Shown piece by piece: positions 1 to 10,700 of a stretch of DNA of 25,926 nucleotides (positions are counted from its first letter, which is position 1; every line of letters starts with the position of its first letter). The DNA comes from a virus (Duplodnaviria > Caudoviricetes): the IMG/VR virus record IMGVR_UViG_3300005662_000204, positions 1-25,926 of that record. One strand, 5' to 3'. Under the pieces are notes generated by a model that saw only the letters and a list, made by a program, of their open reading frames with translations, did not search any database and was not told where the DNA came from. The position numbers and the translations under genes were made by a program.

Positions 1-8
1 AAAAACAA

Positions 9-458
9 ATGAAAGAACAGGATATAACAAAAGTAGAATTTTTGTTAATGTGTAATGACAACATCGTTGTCCAAAGATTTTTTAATGTGAGAGGGTTTAA
101 TAAAAACGCTCACAAATCTGAAGAGTTTTATAATCATGTTGATAGTCTATCTCATGAACTTAAGTATGATCTAAAAATGAGATCTGTTGTTTATATGTTA
201 GATAATCAATATGAGATTTTAGAAAACCCGGACCTATTAAATACATCGATTACTGATGGTCCAGAAAATTTTAATTTAATTATTAAGGTTGGAGATATGA
301 CAATTTGTCATAGACAGTTTGACGCTAAACCATACCCCCCAAAGGTAAGATACACCGTAGACCTACGCCCAAAGTTAAAAGCTATCATGGCTGAGTTCAC
401 TGACATTTTTTCAGGTCAAAAATTTAATTATTCGTATCCTGAATTTATCAAAAACTAG
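9..458 (+). CDS. Hypothetical phage protein (149 aa)
   Basis: Clean ORF with an A-rich leader, on the same strand as and directly upstream of the helicase. No motif recognised. Confidence 0.75.
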   Translation: MKEQDITKVEFLLMCNDNIVVQRFFNVRGFNKNAHKSEEFYNHVDSLSHELKYDLKMRSVVYMLDNQYEILENPDLLNTSITDGPENFNLIIKVGDMTICHRQFDAKPYPPKVRYTVDLRPKLKAIMAEFTDIFSGQKFNYSYPEFIKN

Positions 459-461
459 TAC

Positions 462-468
462 TATTTAT
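462..468 (+). promoter_or_regulatory. TATTTAT motif upstream of helicase (putative phage promoter element)
   Basis: cTATTTATc lies in the 34-bp gap before the ATG at 493. The same heptamer occurs in five other intergenic gaps. Confidence 0.45.
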
Positions 469-492
469 CTTTACTAAAAGAAGAAAAAACAT

Positions 493-1875
493 ATGGCGAC
501 TAGTAAAAATTTTGAGTATTTAGGGAACACATTTCAATTACAATTATTAAATCAAATCATTGTAGATAAAGATTTTTCACACTCAATTCTTGATGTTATC
601 GAGAACAATTATTTTGAAAACAAGTACTTCAAAATAATCATACAGATGGTGAAAGAGTATTATCTAAAATACGACCACACACCATCATTCGAAACGCTTG
701 ATCAGATAACAAAATCTGAGTTACAACAGGCAACAGCGTCTAAAATTGTATTAGATACTATTAAGAAAATTAAAGATGCACCTATTGATGGCGTGGCTTT
801 TGTACAAGAAAAGGCTCTTAAGTTCTGTAAACAACAAGAGCTTCAGAAGGTAATGGGAAAGGCACAAAAGATCATTGATGGGGGTGAGTTTGAAAATTAC
901 GACACCCTTGAAGAAATGGTCAAAACGGCCCTTCAGGTTGGAGCAAAAGATACATCAATGTTGGATGTATTCTCAAACTTAGATCAAGTCCTTGAAGATG
1001 ATTATAGGCACCCGATTCCAATGGGAATACCAGGGATTGACAGATTGTTAAAAGGAGGTTTGGCAAAAGGAGAAATTGGTGTTATATTAGCACCTACGGG
1101 GGTTGGTAAATCAACTGTATTAACAAAGATTTCGAATCACGCATTTAACTTAGGTTTTAATGTACTTCAGATCTTTTTTGAGGATAACCCAAAGGTAATC
1201 CAAAGAAAACACTTCACTTTATGGACTAAAGTTCATCCTGACGATTTGTCAGAAAAGAAAGATGAAGTTGTAAAAAGAGTTAGAGAGATTGAGGAATCAA
1301 TGCCGAACAAATTGATTATGAAAAAGTTACCATCTGATACTATGACGATGTTACAAATCAAAAATCAAATTAGAAAGATGGTTTCTGACGGAATAAAAGT
1401 TGATATGATTGTTTTAGATTATATTGATTGTATAGTTCCCGAAAAAAACTTAGGTGATGAATGGAAAAGTGAGGGGTCAGTAATGAGAGCATTTGAGGCC
1501 ATGTGTCACGAAATGAATCTTGTTGGTTGGACGGCAACACAAGGTAACCGATCTTCGATATCATCTGAAGTTGTAACAACAGACCAAATGGGTGGTTCTA
1601 TTAAGAAGGCACAAGTTGGACATGTTATTATATCAGTTGCTAAAACTTTACAACAAAAAGAATTAAAATTGGCAACAATTGCAATTACAAAATCTCGTAT
1701 TGGTGATGATGGAGTTGTATTCGAGAATTGTAAGTTTGACAACGCAATGCTTGAAATTGATACTGAAAGCTCAATGACTTTCTTAGGTCTTGAGGAACAA
1801 AAAGAAGAAAGACAAAGACAAAGAGTTCGGGAACTTCTTGACAAAAGAAAACAAAAAGAAACACAAACAAATTAA
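493..1875 (+). CDS. Replicative DNA helicase, DnaB / T4 gp41-like (SF4)
   Basis: Walker A region GGLAKGEIGVILAPTGVGKS, H1a (LQIFFED), Walker B IVLDYID, H3 WTATQGNR and H4-like ITKSRIG. The N-terminal domain and 460-aa length match T4-type gp41 helicases. Confidence 0.9.
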   Translation: MATSKNFEYLGNTFQLQLLNQIIVDKDFSHSILDVIENNYFENKYFKIIIQMVKEYYLKYDHTPSFETLDQITKSELQQATASKIVLDTIKKIKDAPIDGVAFVQEKALKFCKQQELQKVMGKAQKIIDGGEFENYDTLEEMVKTALQVGAKDTSMLDVFSNLDQVLEDDYRHPIPMGIPGIDRLLKGGLAKGEIGVILAPTGVGKSTVLTKISNHAFNLGFNVLQIFFEDNPKVIQRKHFTLWTKVHPDDLSEKKDEVVKRVREIEESMPNKLIMKKLPSDTMTMLQIKNQIRKMVSDGIKVDMIVLDYIDCIVPEKNLGDEWKSEGSVMRAFEAMCHEMNLVGWTATQGNRSSISSEVVTTDQMGGSIKKAQVGHVIISVAKTLQQKELKLATIAITKSRIGDDGVVFENCKFDNAMLEIDTESSMTFLGLEEQKEERQRQRVRELLDKRKQKETQTN

Positions 1876-1896
1876 CAAATAATTAAATTTATAAAA

Positions 1897-2844
1897 ATGG
1901 AAAAAATACTAGTTGAAAATCCTGGTCGGTTCGTCATCTTCCCTATTGAACACAACGATATATGGGAATATTACAAACAACACCAAGCGGCTTTTTGGAC
2001 TGCAGAGGAGGTTGATTTAACCAACGACATTAGAGATTGGGAAACATTGACTGAAAACGAAAAATATTTTATTAAAAATGTATTATCGTTCTTTGCAGCA
2101 TCCGATGGTATTGTAAACGAAAACTTGGCGGAAAACTTTTATCGTGAAGTACAATATCCTGAAGCTAAGTTCTTCTATGGATTTCAGTTGGCAATGGAAA
2201 ACATTCACTCATTAATGTATTCACTATTAATTGATACATATATCTCAAACGCAAAAGAGAAAGACGAATGTTTCAATGCGATTGATAGATTACCTGCAGT
2301 ACAGAAGAAAGCTAAGTGGGCTTTGGATTGGATTGAAAACGCTTCGTTTGCAGAAAGATTAGTAGCATTCGCAGCGGTTGAAGGTATATTTTTTTCAGGA
2401 TCATTTTGTTCTATATTTTGGTTAAAATCAAGAGGTATTATGCAAGGTTTGTGTAATGCTAATTCATTAATCTTTAAAGATGAAAACTTACATTGTGATT
2501 TTGCAATTCACCTTTTAAATAATCACTTGGAAGATAAACCTTCAGAAAAACGAATTAAACAAATTCTTCTTTCGGCTTTAGAGATTGAAAAAGAATTTAT
2601 CACAGAATCATTACCAGTTTCGCTTATTGGAATGAACTCAAACTTAATGAGACAATATTTGGAATTTGTTGTTGACGGTTTATTGGTTAAGTTTGGATGT
2701 AGTAAAGAATTTAATGTTGAACAACCCTTCAAGTTCATGGAACAAATTGCGGTTGAAACAAAAGGTAATTTCTTTGAATCAAGAACTATGGAATACCAAA
2801 AGGCGAAAATAAATGAAACAATAACATTTACAGAGGATTTTTAA
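1897..2844 (+). CDS. nrdB: Ribonucleotide reductase class Ia beta (small) subunit
   Basis: [22 protein letters not shown], di-iron ligands ENIHS with the radical Tyr (LMYS), [15 protein letters not shown], and the tail [15 protein letters not shown]...FTEDF. Confidence 0.97.
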   Translation: MEKILVENPGRFVIFPIEHNDIWEYYKQHQAAFWTAEEVDLTNDIRDWETLTENEKYFIKNVLSFFAASDGIVNENLAENFYREVQYPEAKFFYGFQLAMENIHSLMYSLLIDTYISNAKEKDECFNAIDRLPAVQKKAKWALDWIENASFAERLVAFAAVEGIFFSGSFCSIFWLKSRGIMQGLCNANSLIFKDENLHCDFAIHLLNNHLEDKPSEKRIKQILLSALEIEKEFITESLPVSLIGMNSNLMRQYLEFVVDGLLVKFGCSKEFNVEQPFKFMEQIAVETKGNFFESRTMEYQKAKINETITFTEDF

Positions 2845-2854
2845 ATTTTAGAAT

Positions 2855-5284
2855 ATGTCATTAAAAATAATTAAAAGAGGGGGTGAATCAGTTTCGTTTA
2901 ACCCACAAAAAATTTATAACAGAGTTAAAAGAGCCTCAAAAGGTTTGAATGTAAATTCTGATGAAATTTTTATTAAAGTAATCACATCAGTACCAACTGA
3001 AGGTGAAATCACAACAAAGGAACTTGATAAATTAGTTTATGAGATCGCGGCATCTTATACCGGTAGTCACCACGATTACTCAAGATTAGCGTCTTCAGTT
3101 GCAATATCTTCTTATCATAAGGAAACAAATGATAGTTTTTCACAAACTATGATGGAACTATATAATGATGGTACCATCAATGAAAAACTTATTGAAGTTA
3201 TTAGAGAGTATGGTGAGGATACAATTGACTCAGCAATCAACCATGAGAATGATTATAATTTTGATTATTTCGCTTGGAGATCGTTACAAGAAATGTACTT
3301 GTTGAAAAAACCAAATGGTAAGGTTATCGAAAGGCCACAACATATGTACATGAGAGTTGCTTTATGGGTTACTGATAATATGACAGATGCATTTGAATAT
3401 TACAAATCATTATCAAATCAGTTAATTTCTAAAGCAACACCAATTATGATCAACGCGGGTACAAAAGTTCCTCAATTGGCTTCTTGTGTATTACATTACA
3501 ATAACTCTGATTCAAGAAAAGGATTGTTAGACACACTAAATGACATCTCAACTTTCTCATCAGACGCTGCAGGAATTGGATTATCAATGTCAAACCTTAG
3601 AAGTAAAGAAAGTAGAATTTCAACTTCAGGTGGATATGCTGGTGGTCTATTAAAGTATCTTAAAATTGTCAACGAATCATTAAGGTTCTTTAACCAACAA
3701 GGTCGTAGACCAGGATCTGCAGCAATTTACATTGAACCTTGGCATAAAGACATATTTGATCTTTTAGACATTAAAAAGAACACAGGTGCGGAAGAACTAA
3801 GAGCTCGTGATTTATTTACCGCACTTTGGATTCCTGATAACTTTATGAGAGCCGTTAAAGATAATGGTGATTGGTATTTGTTCTGTCCTAACGATATTAA
3901 AAAGGCTGGGATTAAATCATTACAAGAATCATTTGGTGATGAGTATGAACAAAATTACAGTAAGGCGGTTTCTTTAGGTCTTGGTAAAAAAGTTAAAGCA
4001 CAAGATATTTGGACAAAAATTTATGAGTCACAAATCGAAACAGGTGTTCCTTACTTATGTTCTAAAGATAGTGCAAACAAAAAGACAAACCACCAAAACA
4101 TCGGTGTGATCAAACAATCAAACCTTTGTAATGAGATTTACCAATACACTGATGAAGAAACTACAGCGATCTGTACATTATCGTCAATGGTGTTAAAAAA
4201 CTTTATCCAAGGAGGTAAATTTGATTTTGAATTATTATTCACTGAAGTTAGAAAAGTTGTTAGATCTTTAAATAAAGTTGTAGATATTAATAACTACTCA
4301 ACACAAAAAGGATTAAAAGGTGGTTTAGAACAAAGAGCAATTGCTATTGGAACTCAAGGATTAGCGGATGTATTTTATTTAATGGACTACATCTTCACAT
4401 CTGAAGATGCTAAAAAACTTAATAAAGATATCTTCGAAACAATATATTATGCGGCAATCTACGAAAGTAATCAGTTGTGTATGAACGGTAAGTATGAACC
4501 GTATAAGTTCTTCAAAGGATCTCCTATGTCTAAAGGCGAATTCCAATTTGATATGTGGGGATTAGACGAAACACAACTTTCAGGTATGTGGGACTGGACT
4601 AAATTGAAGAATAGTGTTTCTGATTATGGTGTTTGTAATTCATTATTTACAGCTCAGATGCCGGTAGCTTCTTCAGCAAAGATTACAGGTTCATTTGAAA
4701 TGACGGAACCGGCTCACTCAGCATTATTTAATCGTCGTGTTGTTGGAGGTGAGATTCTAATTGTAAACAAATATTTAATCAATGATTTTGAGAAGATTGG
4801 TGTTTGGTGTGAAGATTTGAAAAATGAAATTATCATTAATGAAGGATCAATTCAAAACATTAACTTTAATAATTATTTAGACTCTGAAGATAAGAACTAC
4901 AATAAAAAAGTTAAAAGAATTGAGCACTTAATACCTAAATACAAAACTATTTGGGAGATTTCACAGAAACAATTGATTGATATGGCGGCCGATAGAGCAC
5001 CATTTATTGACCAATCACAGTCTATGAACATTTACATGGCTAACCCAACATTATCAAAGATAACCTCATCACACTTCCATTCATGGGAAAAAGGTTTGAA
5101 AACTCTTTGTTATTATGTTAGAACCAAGGCTATCTCAACAGGGGCAAAACACTTAGCGGTTGATATGTCTAAAAGAGAAAAACCAAAGGCAACACCAGAA
5201 CCACCAAAGGTTGATTATTCAAATTTGAATTTACCACCAAGACCTGAGAATTCTGACTTCGAATGTTTTGGATGTTCATCCTAA
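2855..5284 (+). CDS. nrdA: Ribonucleotide reductase class Ia alpha (large) subunit with N-terminal ATP cone
   Basis: ATP cone (IIKRGGESVSFNPQKIYNRV), ERPQHMYMRVA, QLASC, QQGRRPGS, catalytic SNLCNEI, ICTLSS, DQSQSMN, tyrosine pair KTLCYY and C-terminal redox pair ECFGCSS. No intein-sized insertion. Confidence 0.97.
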   Translation: MSLKIIKRGGESVSFNPQKIYNRVKRASKGLNVNSDEIFIKVITSVPTEGEITTKELDKLVYEIAASYTGSHHDYSRLASSVAISSYHKETNDSFSQTMMELYNDGTINEKLIEVIREYGEDTIDSAINHENDYNFDYFAWRSLQEMYLLKKPNGKVIERPQHMYMRVALWVTDNMTDAFEYYKSLSNQLISKATPIMINAGTKVPQLASCVLHYNNSDSRKGLLDTLNDISTFSSDAAGIGLSMSNLRSKESRISTSGGYAGGLLKYLKIVNESLRFFNQQGRRPGSAAIYIEPWHKDIFDLLDIKKNTGAEELRARDLFTALWIPDNFMRAVKDNGDWYLFCPNDIKKAGIKSLQESFGDEYEQNYSKAVSLGLGKKVKAQDIWTKIYESQIETGVPYLCSKDSANKKTNHQNIGVIKQSNLCNEIYQYTDEETTAICTLSSMVLKNFIQGGKFDFELLFTEVRKVVRSLNKVVDINNYSTQKGLKGGLEQRAIAIGTQGLADVFYLMDYIFTSEDAKKLNKDIFETIYYAAIYESNQLCMNGKYEPYKFFKGSPMSKGEFQFDMWGLDETQLSGMWDWTKLKNSVSDYGVCNSLFTAQMPVASSAKITGSFEMTEPAHSALFNRRVVGGEILIVNKYLINDFEKIGVWCEDLKNEIIINEGSIQNINFNNYLDSEDKNYNKKVKRIEHLIPKYKTIWEISQKQLIDMAADRAPFIDQSQSMNIYMANPTLSKITSSHFHSWEKGLKTLCYYVRTKAISTGAKHLAVDMSKREKPKATPEPPKVDYSNLNLPPRPENSDFECFGCSS

Positions 5285-5294
5285 AGTTAAATTT

Positions 5295-5326
5295 AAAAAT
5301 CACTATTTCGGTAGTGATTTTTTTTT
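5295..5326 (+). terminator. Rho-independent terminator after nrdA
   Basis: AAAAATCACTAT-TTCG-GTAGTGAT gives the stem ATCACTA/TAGTGAT with a U-G closing pair and a UUCG tetraloop. It is followed by a T run (5318-5326) and starts about 10 nt after the nrdA stop. Confidence 0.88.
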
Positions 5327-5347
5327 ACTTAAAAAATGGATAACTTA

Positions 5348-5358
5348 TATTTATAAGT
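5348..5358 (+). promoter_or_regulatory. TATTTATAAGT motif at start of structural module (putative late promoter)
   Basis: Lies between the terminator and the gp25-like ATG (5362). An identical 11-mer occurs at 25542-25552 before another putative structural gene. Confidence 0.6.
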
Positions 5359-5361
5359 GAT

Positions 5362-5820
5362 ATGGCAAATGGTATTACTTATGGTGTTTCTTTTCCTTTT
5401 GTAGATTCTTTCACAGGAAGATATTTGGATGTAACTAACTCTACCGAAGGAGAGATAAGAGCAAATCTTGTTCATTTATTGTTAACTAGAAAAGGTAGTA
5501 GGTATTTTTTACCTGATTTTGGTACACGACTATATGAATATATTTTTGAACCATTAGACGGACCAACATTTTCGGATATAGAAAATGAAATTCGTGATAG
5601 TATTAGAAATTACATGCCTAATTTACAAGTAATTAATATTACGGTAGAACCAGCGTCGGCAGGATTAGAGGATAAGGGTTATACAGTAAATCAATACGGT
5701 GAAAGAGAGTTTAAAGTTACAAATATTGCAACACTTGAACACACCGCTAGAATCAAAATAGATTATAGAATTACAGATTCCGCATTTGAATCACAAGATT
5801 TTATTATCCTCAATATTTAA
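5362..5820 (+). CDS. Baseplate wedge subunit, T4 gp25 / GPW-like
   Basis: Signature IRANLVHLLLTRKGSRYFLPDFGTRLYEYIFEP...IENEIRDSIRNYMPNLQV, 152-aa length, and position directly before a gp6-like gene. Confidence 0.88.
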   Translation: MANGITYGVSFPFVDSFTGRYLDVTNSTEGEIRANLVHLLLTRKGSRYFLPDFGTRLYEYIFEPLDGPTFSDIENEIRDSIRNYMPNLQVINITVEPASAGLEDKGYTVNQYGEREFKVTNIATLEHTARIKIDYRITDSAFESQDFIILNI

Positions 5821-5826
5821 TATTAT

Positions 5827-7668
5827 ATGGCAGAAAAGAAAATTTCCTATACCGTAAGGGACTTCCAAGGGGTAAGAACAGAACTGATAAATTTCACAAG
5901 AACTTACTATCCTGATTTAGTTCAAAACTTTAACGATGCCGGTATTTTTTCGGTGATGTTAGATCTTAACGCTGCAGTCACAGATAATTTAAATTATCAA
6001 ATTGATAGGAGTGTACAAGAAACCGTTCTTCAATTTGCCCAACAAAAGAATTCAATATTTAATATTGCAAGAACATACGGTCTTAAAGTTCCCGGACAAA
6101 GGCCATCAGTTGCTTTAGTAGATTTTTCTATAACAGTTCCTGCATTTGGTGACAGAGAAGATTTAAGATATTGTGGTGTCTTAAGAAGAGGATCTCAAGT
6201 TAACGGTGCAGGTCAACCATTTGAGACAGTTTATGATATTGACTTCTCATCTCCGGTAAATGCTGAAGGATCACCAAATAGAATTAAAGTTCCAAACTTT
6301 GATGCAAGTGGGAAACTTATTAATTATACGATCACAAAAAGAGAGGTGGTTGTGAACGGAATTACAAAAGTATTCAAAAGAGTCATCACCCCAAATGATA
6401 GTAAACCTTATTTAGAGTTATTTTTACCTGAAAAAAATGTGTTAGGTATTAGTAGTGTTTTATTAAAACAAGGAACTCAATATTCGACAATACCCAATCC
6501 CCAAGACTTTTTAACTTTAGGCCCTGAAAGATGGTTTGAAGTTGATGCTTTGGTACAAGATAGAGTATTTGTTGAAGACCCGACCAAAACTTCTGATCAA
6601 CCAGGAATTAAAGTTGGTGTCTACATAACCACATCTAATAAATTTATTTCAGAATTTACACCACAAGGATATTGTAAACTAACATTTGGTGGAGGTAATA
6701 TATCTGCCGATGAACAATTAAAAGAGTTCGCTAGAGATGGTAAAGGATTTGACCTTAGTCGATACACAAACAATTATTCTATGGGAGCCGCACTCACACC
6801 TAATACAACTTTGTTTATTCAATATAGAATAGGTGGTGGTTTATCAAGTAATGTTGGTATAAACACAATTAACCAAATTGGAACAGTTTCATTTGCGGTA
6901 AACGGTCCATCGGAAAGTGCAAACAGAAGTGTTATTAATAGTTTACAATGTAATAATGTTACGGCCGCTATTGGTGGGGCAAATCCACCAACAACCGAAG
7001 ATGTAAGAAACATGGTTTCATTTAATTTTGCGGCACAAAACAGAGCGGTAACTGTAAATGATTATAACTCTCTTTTAAGAACAATGCCAGCTCAATATGG
7101 AGCACCTGCTAAAGTTGCAATAACTGAGGAGAATAATAAAATACGAATAAAAATGTTATCGTATGATTCTTCAGGGACTTTAACAAATGTCGTATCCAAT
7201 ACATTAAAACAAAATGTTGCAAATTATCTTTCTAACTATAGAATGATCAATGACTATATATCTATCGAAGCTGCAGACACAATCGATTTAGCGGTAACTG
7301 TAGATGTTGTATTAGACAATAGTCAAAACCAAGGGGCGGTAATTGCTAAAACAATTGAAATAGTTACAAACTTCTTTAACCCATTAGTTAGAAACTTAGG
7401 TCAAAATGTTAACATTTCTGAATTGAAAAGATTAATACAGGCTGAGAATGGAATAGTTAGTATTTCAGATGTTCAGTTCTTTAACCAAGTTGGAGGTCAG
7501 TATTCGTCAAGTCAAACATCTATGTCATATTCTGATCCCGTTACAAGACAAATACAACCTGTTGCCGATACATTATTTGCGACCCCAACTCAAATATATC
7601 AAATTAGATACCCAAACAAAGATATTAATATTAGGGTATTGAACTTAAAATCTGTTAATTACTCTTAG
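5827..7668 (+). CDS. Baseplate wedge protein, T4 gp6 / baseplate J-like
   Basis: N-terminal RDFQGVRTELINF...DLNAAVTDNLNYQIDR, SIFNIARTYG, YRIGGG..SNVG, AIGGANP and the conserved AQNRAVTVNDY motif; 613 aa. Confidence 0.88.
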   Translation: MAEKKISYTVRDFQGVRTELINFTRTYYPDLVQNFNDAGIFSVMLDLNAAVTDNLNYQIDRSVQETVLQFAQQKNSIFNIARTYGLKVPGQRPSVALVDFSITVPAFGDREDLRYCGVLRRGSQVNGAGQPFETVYDIDFSSPVNAEGSPNRIKVPNFDASGKLINYTITKREVVVNGITKVFKRVITPNDSKPYLELFLPEKNVLGISSVLLKQGTQYSTIPNPQDFLTLGPERWFEVDALVQDRVFVEDPTKTSDQPGIKVGVYITTSNKFISEFTPQGYCKLTFGGGNISADEQLKEFARDGKGFDLSRYTNNYSMGAALTPNTTLFIQYRIGGGLSSNVGINTINQIGTVSFAVNGPSESANRSVINSLQCNNVTAAIGGANPPTTEDVRNMVSFNFAAQNRAVTVNDYNSLLRTMPAQYGAPAKVAITEENNKIRIKMLSYDSSGTLTNVVSNTLKQNVANYLSNYRMINDYISIEAADTIDLAVTVDVVLDNSQNQGAVIAKTIEIVTNFFNPLVRNLGQNVNISELKRLIQAENGIVSISDVQFFNQVGGQYSSSQTSMSYSDPVTRQIQPVADTLFATPTQIYQIRYPNKDINIRVLNLKSVNYS

Positions 7669-7721
7669 TGATTTATTTTTTTCTAAACAGGCGTATTTTT
7701 CTATGAAAATGGGAAATAAAC

Positions 7722-7728
7722 TATTTAT
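7722..7728 (+). promoter_or_regulatory. TATTTAT motif upstream of 1868-aa gene
   Basis: cTATTTATg ends 17 nt before the ATG at 7746. Confidence 0.5.
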
Positions 7729-7745
7729 GAAAAAACGAATTTTTA

Positions 7746-10700
7746 ATGCCTAAATCATATAGAATAAGAACCGAAGTCGGTGTTGATAAGTATATAAATG
7801 TTAATTTGGAGCAAGATTGGGAATCATTAGAGATCCTTTCATTAAAAATCCTTTCAAATAACATTTACACAAGATTTTGCGCAGATTATGGTGTAGTCAC
7901 CGGTAGAGTTTTTGTAAACGGAGGATTTGGATTACCAAATGCCAAAGTTTCAGTGTTCATTCCTTTGGAAGATACTGACGAATTAAATCCTGTAATTTCA
8001 GAATTATATCCTTATAAAACAATCAACGATATAAATGAAGAAGGATATAGGTATAATCTATTACCCAAGTTACCTTCATATAATGGACACGCATCTACAG
8101 GATCTTTTCCTAATAAAGGAGATGTTCTTATGGACGAATCATATATTGAGGTATATGACAAATACTACAGATTTACCGTAACAACAAATGAGAGTGGTGA
8201 CTTTATGATATTTGGAGTTCCTACTGGAGAACAAACAATTGTAATGGATGTGGACTTGTCAGACATTGGATGTTTTTCACTTTCACCACAAGATTTAATA
8301 CAACAAGGGTTGGCAACGGAAACACAAGTAAACGGAGCTCAATTTAAATCCTCAACCAATCTAAGAGAATTACCTCAAATTAAAAACTTAATTTATACGG
8401 TTAATGTTAGACCATTTTGGGGAAGTGAAGATCTATGTCAGATAGGAATTACTAGAGTTGACTTTGATTTAACTAAACAGGCAAACATTAACATCCAACC
8501 AAGTGCAATATTCATGGGTTCGATTATATCGACAACGGATGATGATGCTCTTAAAATTAAATGTAAACCAAAAAATAACACAGGTAACTTATGTGAGTTA
8601 GTTGCGGGACCTGGTCAAATACAGGGTATTAGACAAACAATCTATTCAGATACAAATGGTTTACCAATCCTTGAAAGATGGGATATAGAACAGGCTGGTA
8701 AAGTAATAGATAGTGATGGAACATTCTTAGTAAATGTACCAATGAACTTGGATTATGTTTATACAAATGAATTTGGTCAACAAATTTTATCAAATGACCC
8801 AAGTAAAGGAATACCAACTAAGGGTAAATACAGATTCAAATTTAAATGGCAAAATGAACAAGGATTACAGGGAAGTTTTTTAAGAGCAGACTTTTTAGTA
8901 CCAAACATTAAAGAATATGGTTGGACTAATTCAAATAATGACCCATTTATAAACAACTCAACATCTATTGTAACTTATCCACAAATACCTGTAGGATCAA
9001 TAACGGGTTCTACTGTTGCATACCCACCTGGAGGTTTAATAAAACCTGTTACATCAAACATTGAAAGTTATAGTATATACATTGGAAACAATCAATATTT
9101 TGGATCACCCGAGTCAATTCCAATCCAACCTGGAGATACCATTACTATCGTTGCAAGTCCAATAGATCCTCAACAAGCACAAGACATACAATTCACATAT
9201 GTACCACAAGATCTATTCGATGTATTTAGATCGTATTCTTTTAGTACTGATTGGGATGATTATTCAAATATACAGTCTGCAATAGATTGTGAGGATACTT
9301 TTTATCAATTTGGTTATAATAAGGTCTACACAACGGGAATGTTTTTAGATAGATACAAAAATGGTATAGGTAGAGCCAGACATTTAGGTATTAAAGAAAT
9401 CGACAATAGAAGTTGTAAATCTACAGTCAATACTTTTCCTGTTAATGATATTATTAGAAATTTTGACACAATCTTTTTCGTTTTCAATATCCTTATAAAC
9501 ATTTTAACTTTCCCTCTATTAACACTTTTGTTTGTTGCCCATTTTATTGCTTTCATGTGGCCGATATTAAAATATGTGTTAATAATTTTAGGTATCTTTT
9601 TAACCAAAAATGCAATTGCAGACACATTCGCGGCAGTTGAAAACGCATCGGATGTAATAGAAACACAACTGAGTATTATTTCTGCAAATGTTGGAGGACC
9701 TGTAGTTGATGTTGGGGCAATTATAAAGGCGGTTAGATTAATATTGGCACAATTTGTTCTTGTTCTAAAGGCGGCATTCTCAGTTGTTTTAGCGGCGGCA
9801 TTTACCGCATTTGCAATTTTGGCGGCTATTAGGGTTAAAGGATTCCCAAGAATTGGTTTACCAATGATTTCATACCCAGACTGTACAAGTTGCGATTGTC
9901 AATGTGGTGACGCAGAACTTGAAGACGACTTTAGCACAAGCTCAATAACCAATGAGTTGGAGGCGGCGGCAGCACAAGAAGCCTCATCACAAGGTGGTAG
10001 TAATGTTGTTTTATCAACACCAAACACATTAATCGCACCTGTTAATTATTCAGGATCGTATGATTTAGATCATCCTAACCTTAGCGTGGATGAAGACGGC
10101 AATAAACCATTCCCGCCTTGTAAACCATTTAGTGAGTTATTACAAGATGATGATATAACTATAGATGTCGTACTTAAAGCGTCAGTTGACTTCAAAAGAA
10201 TAGCATCAGGTTATGACATTATAAGTTCGACAGATCCTAATAGATTAATACCGAATGAATCTTACTTATTAAAAGCACCTCAACCATTTTTGTTTAAGGC
10301 AGACGCTGACCCAAGTAATTCAAACAAAGATGAAAGATATTTTGCAATACCATCTACAGTTCCATTTGGTCAAAAACTAAATGAATTTAATACTCGAGAT
10401 AAATATTTCTATTCAAGTACTCAAAATACACCAAATACGGGAGTAAATCAAATTAAAACAACTGTAAACCCAACTTTGGGTTCAACACCATATTATGATC
10501 AGGTATTAGTTGTTTTAATGAGTCAAGGTGCAACAGAACAGTTAGGTGTTGGTAAAATCGTAACATTTCAAAACCCTAATTATGTAGATCCTTCATTCTC
10601 AACACCTGGTAACAGATTAACAAATTTAACAGGAGCTACATTTAATCAGTTTAGTAATAACGCAATCACAGGAACAACTATAACAGGTAACACAATTCCT

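Noticed and set aside
1897-5284. Eukaryotic or giant-virus (NCLDV) origin suggested by eukaryote-like RNR and plant-like GT
   Set aside because: Contractile-tail baseplate genes, a gp41/DnaB helicase, an intrinsic terminator and overlapping operon-style genes indicate a bacteriophage.
493-5284. Inteins, introns or homing endonucleases in helicase or RNR genes
   Set aside because: Protein lengths are typical, motifs are contiguous, and no splice-junction or endonuclease motifs were seen.
7669-7745. Possible hairpin or terminator in the gap after the gp6-like gene
   Set aside because: Only a weak 5-bp A/T-rich stem (TTTTC-TAT-GAAAA) with no following U tract is present.
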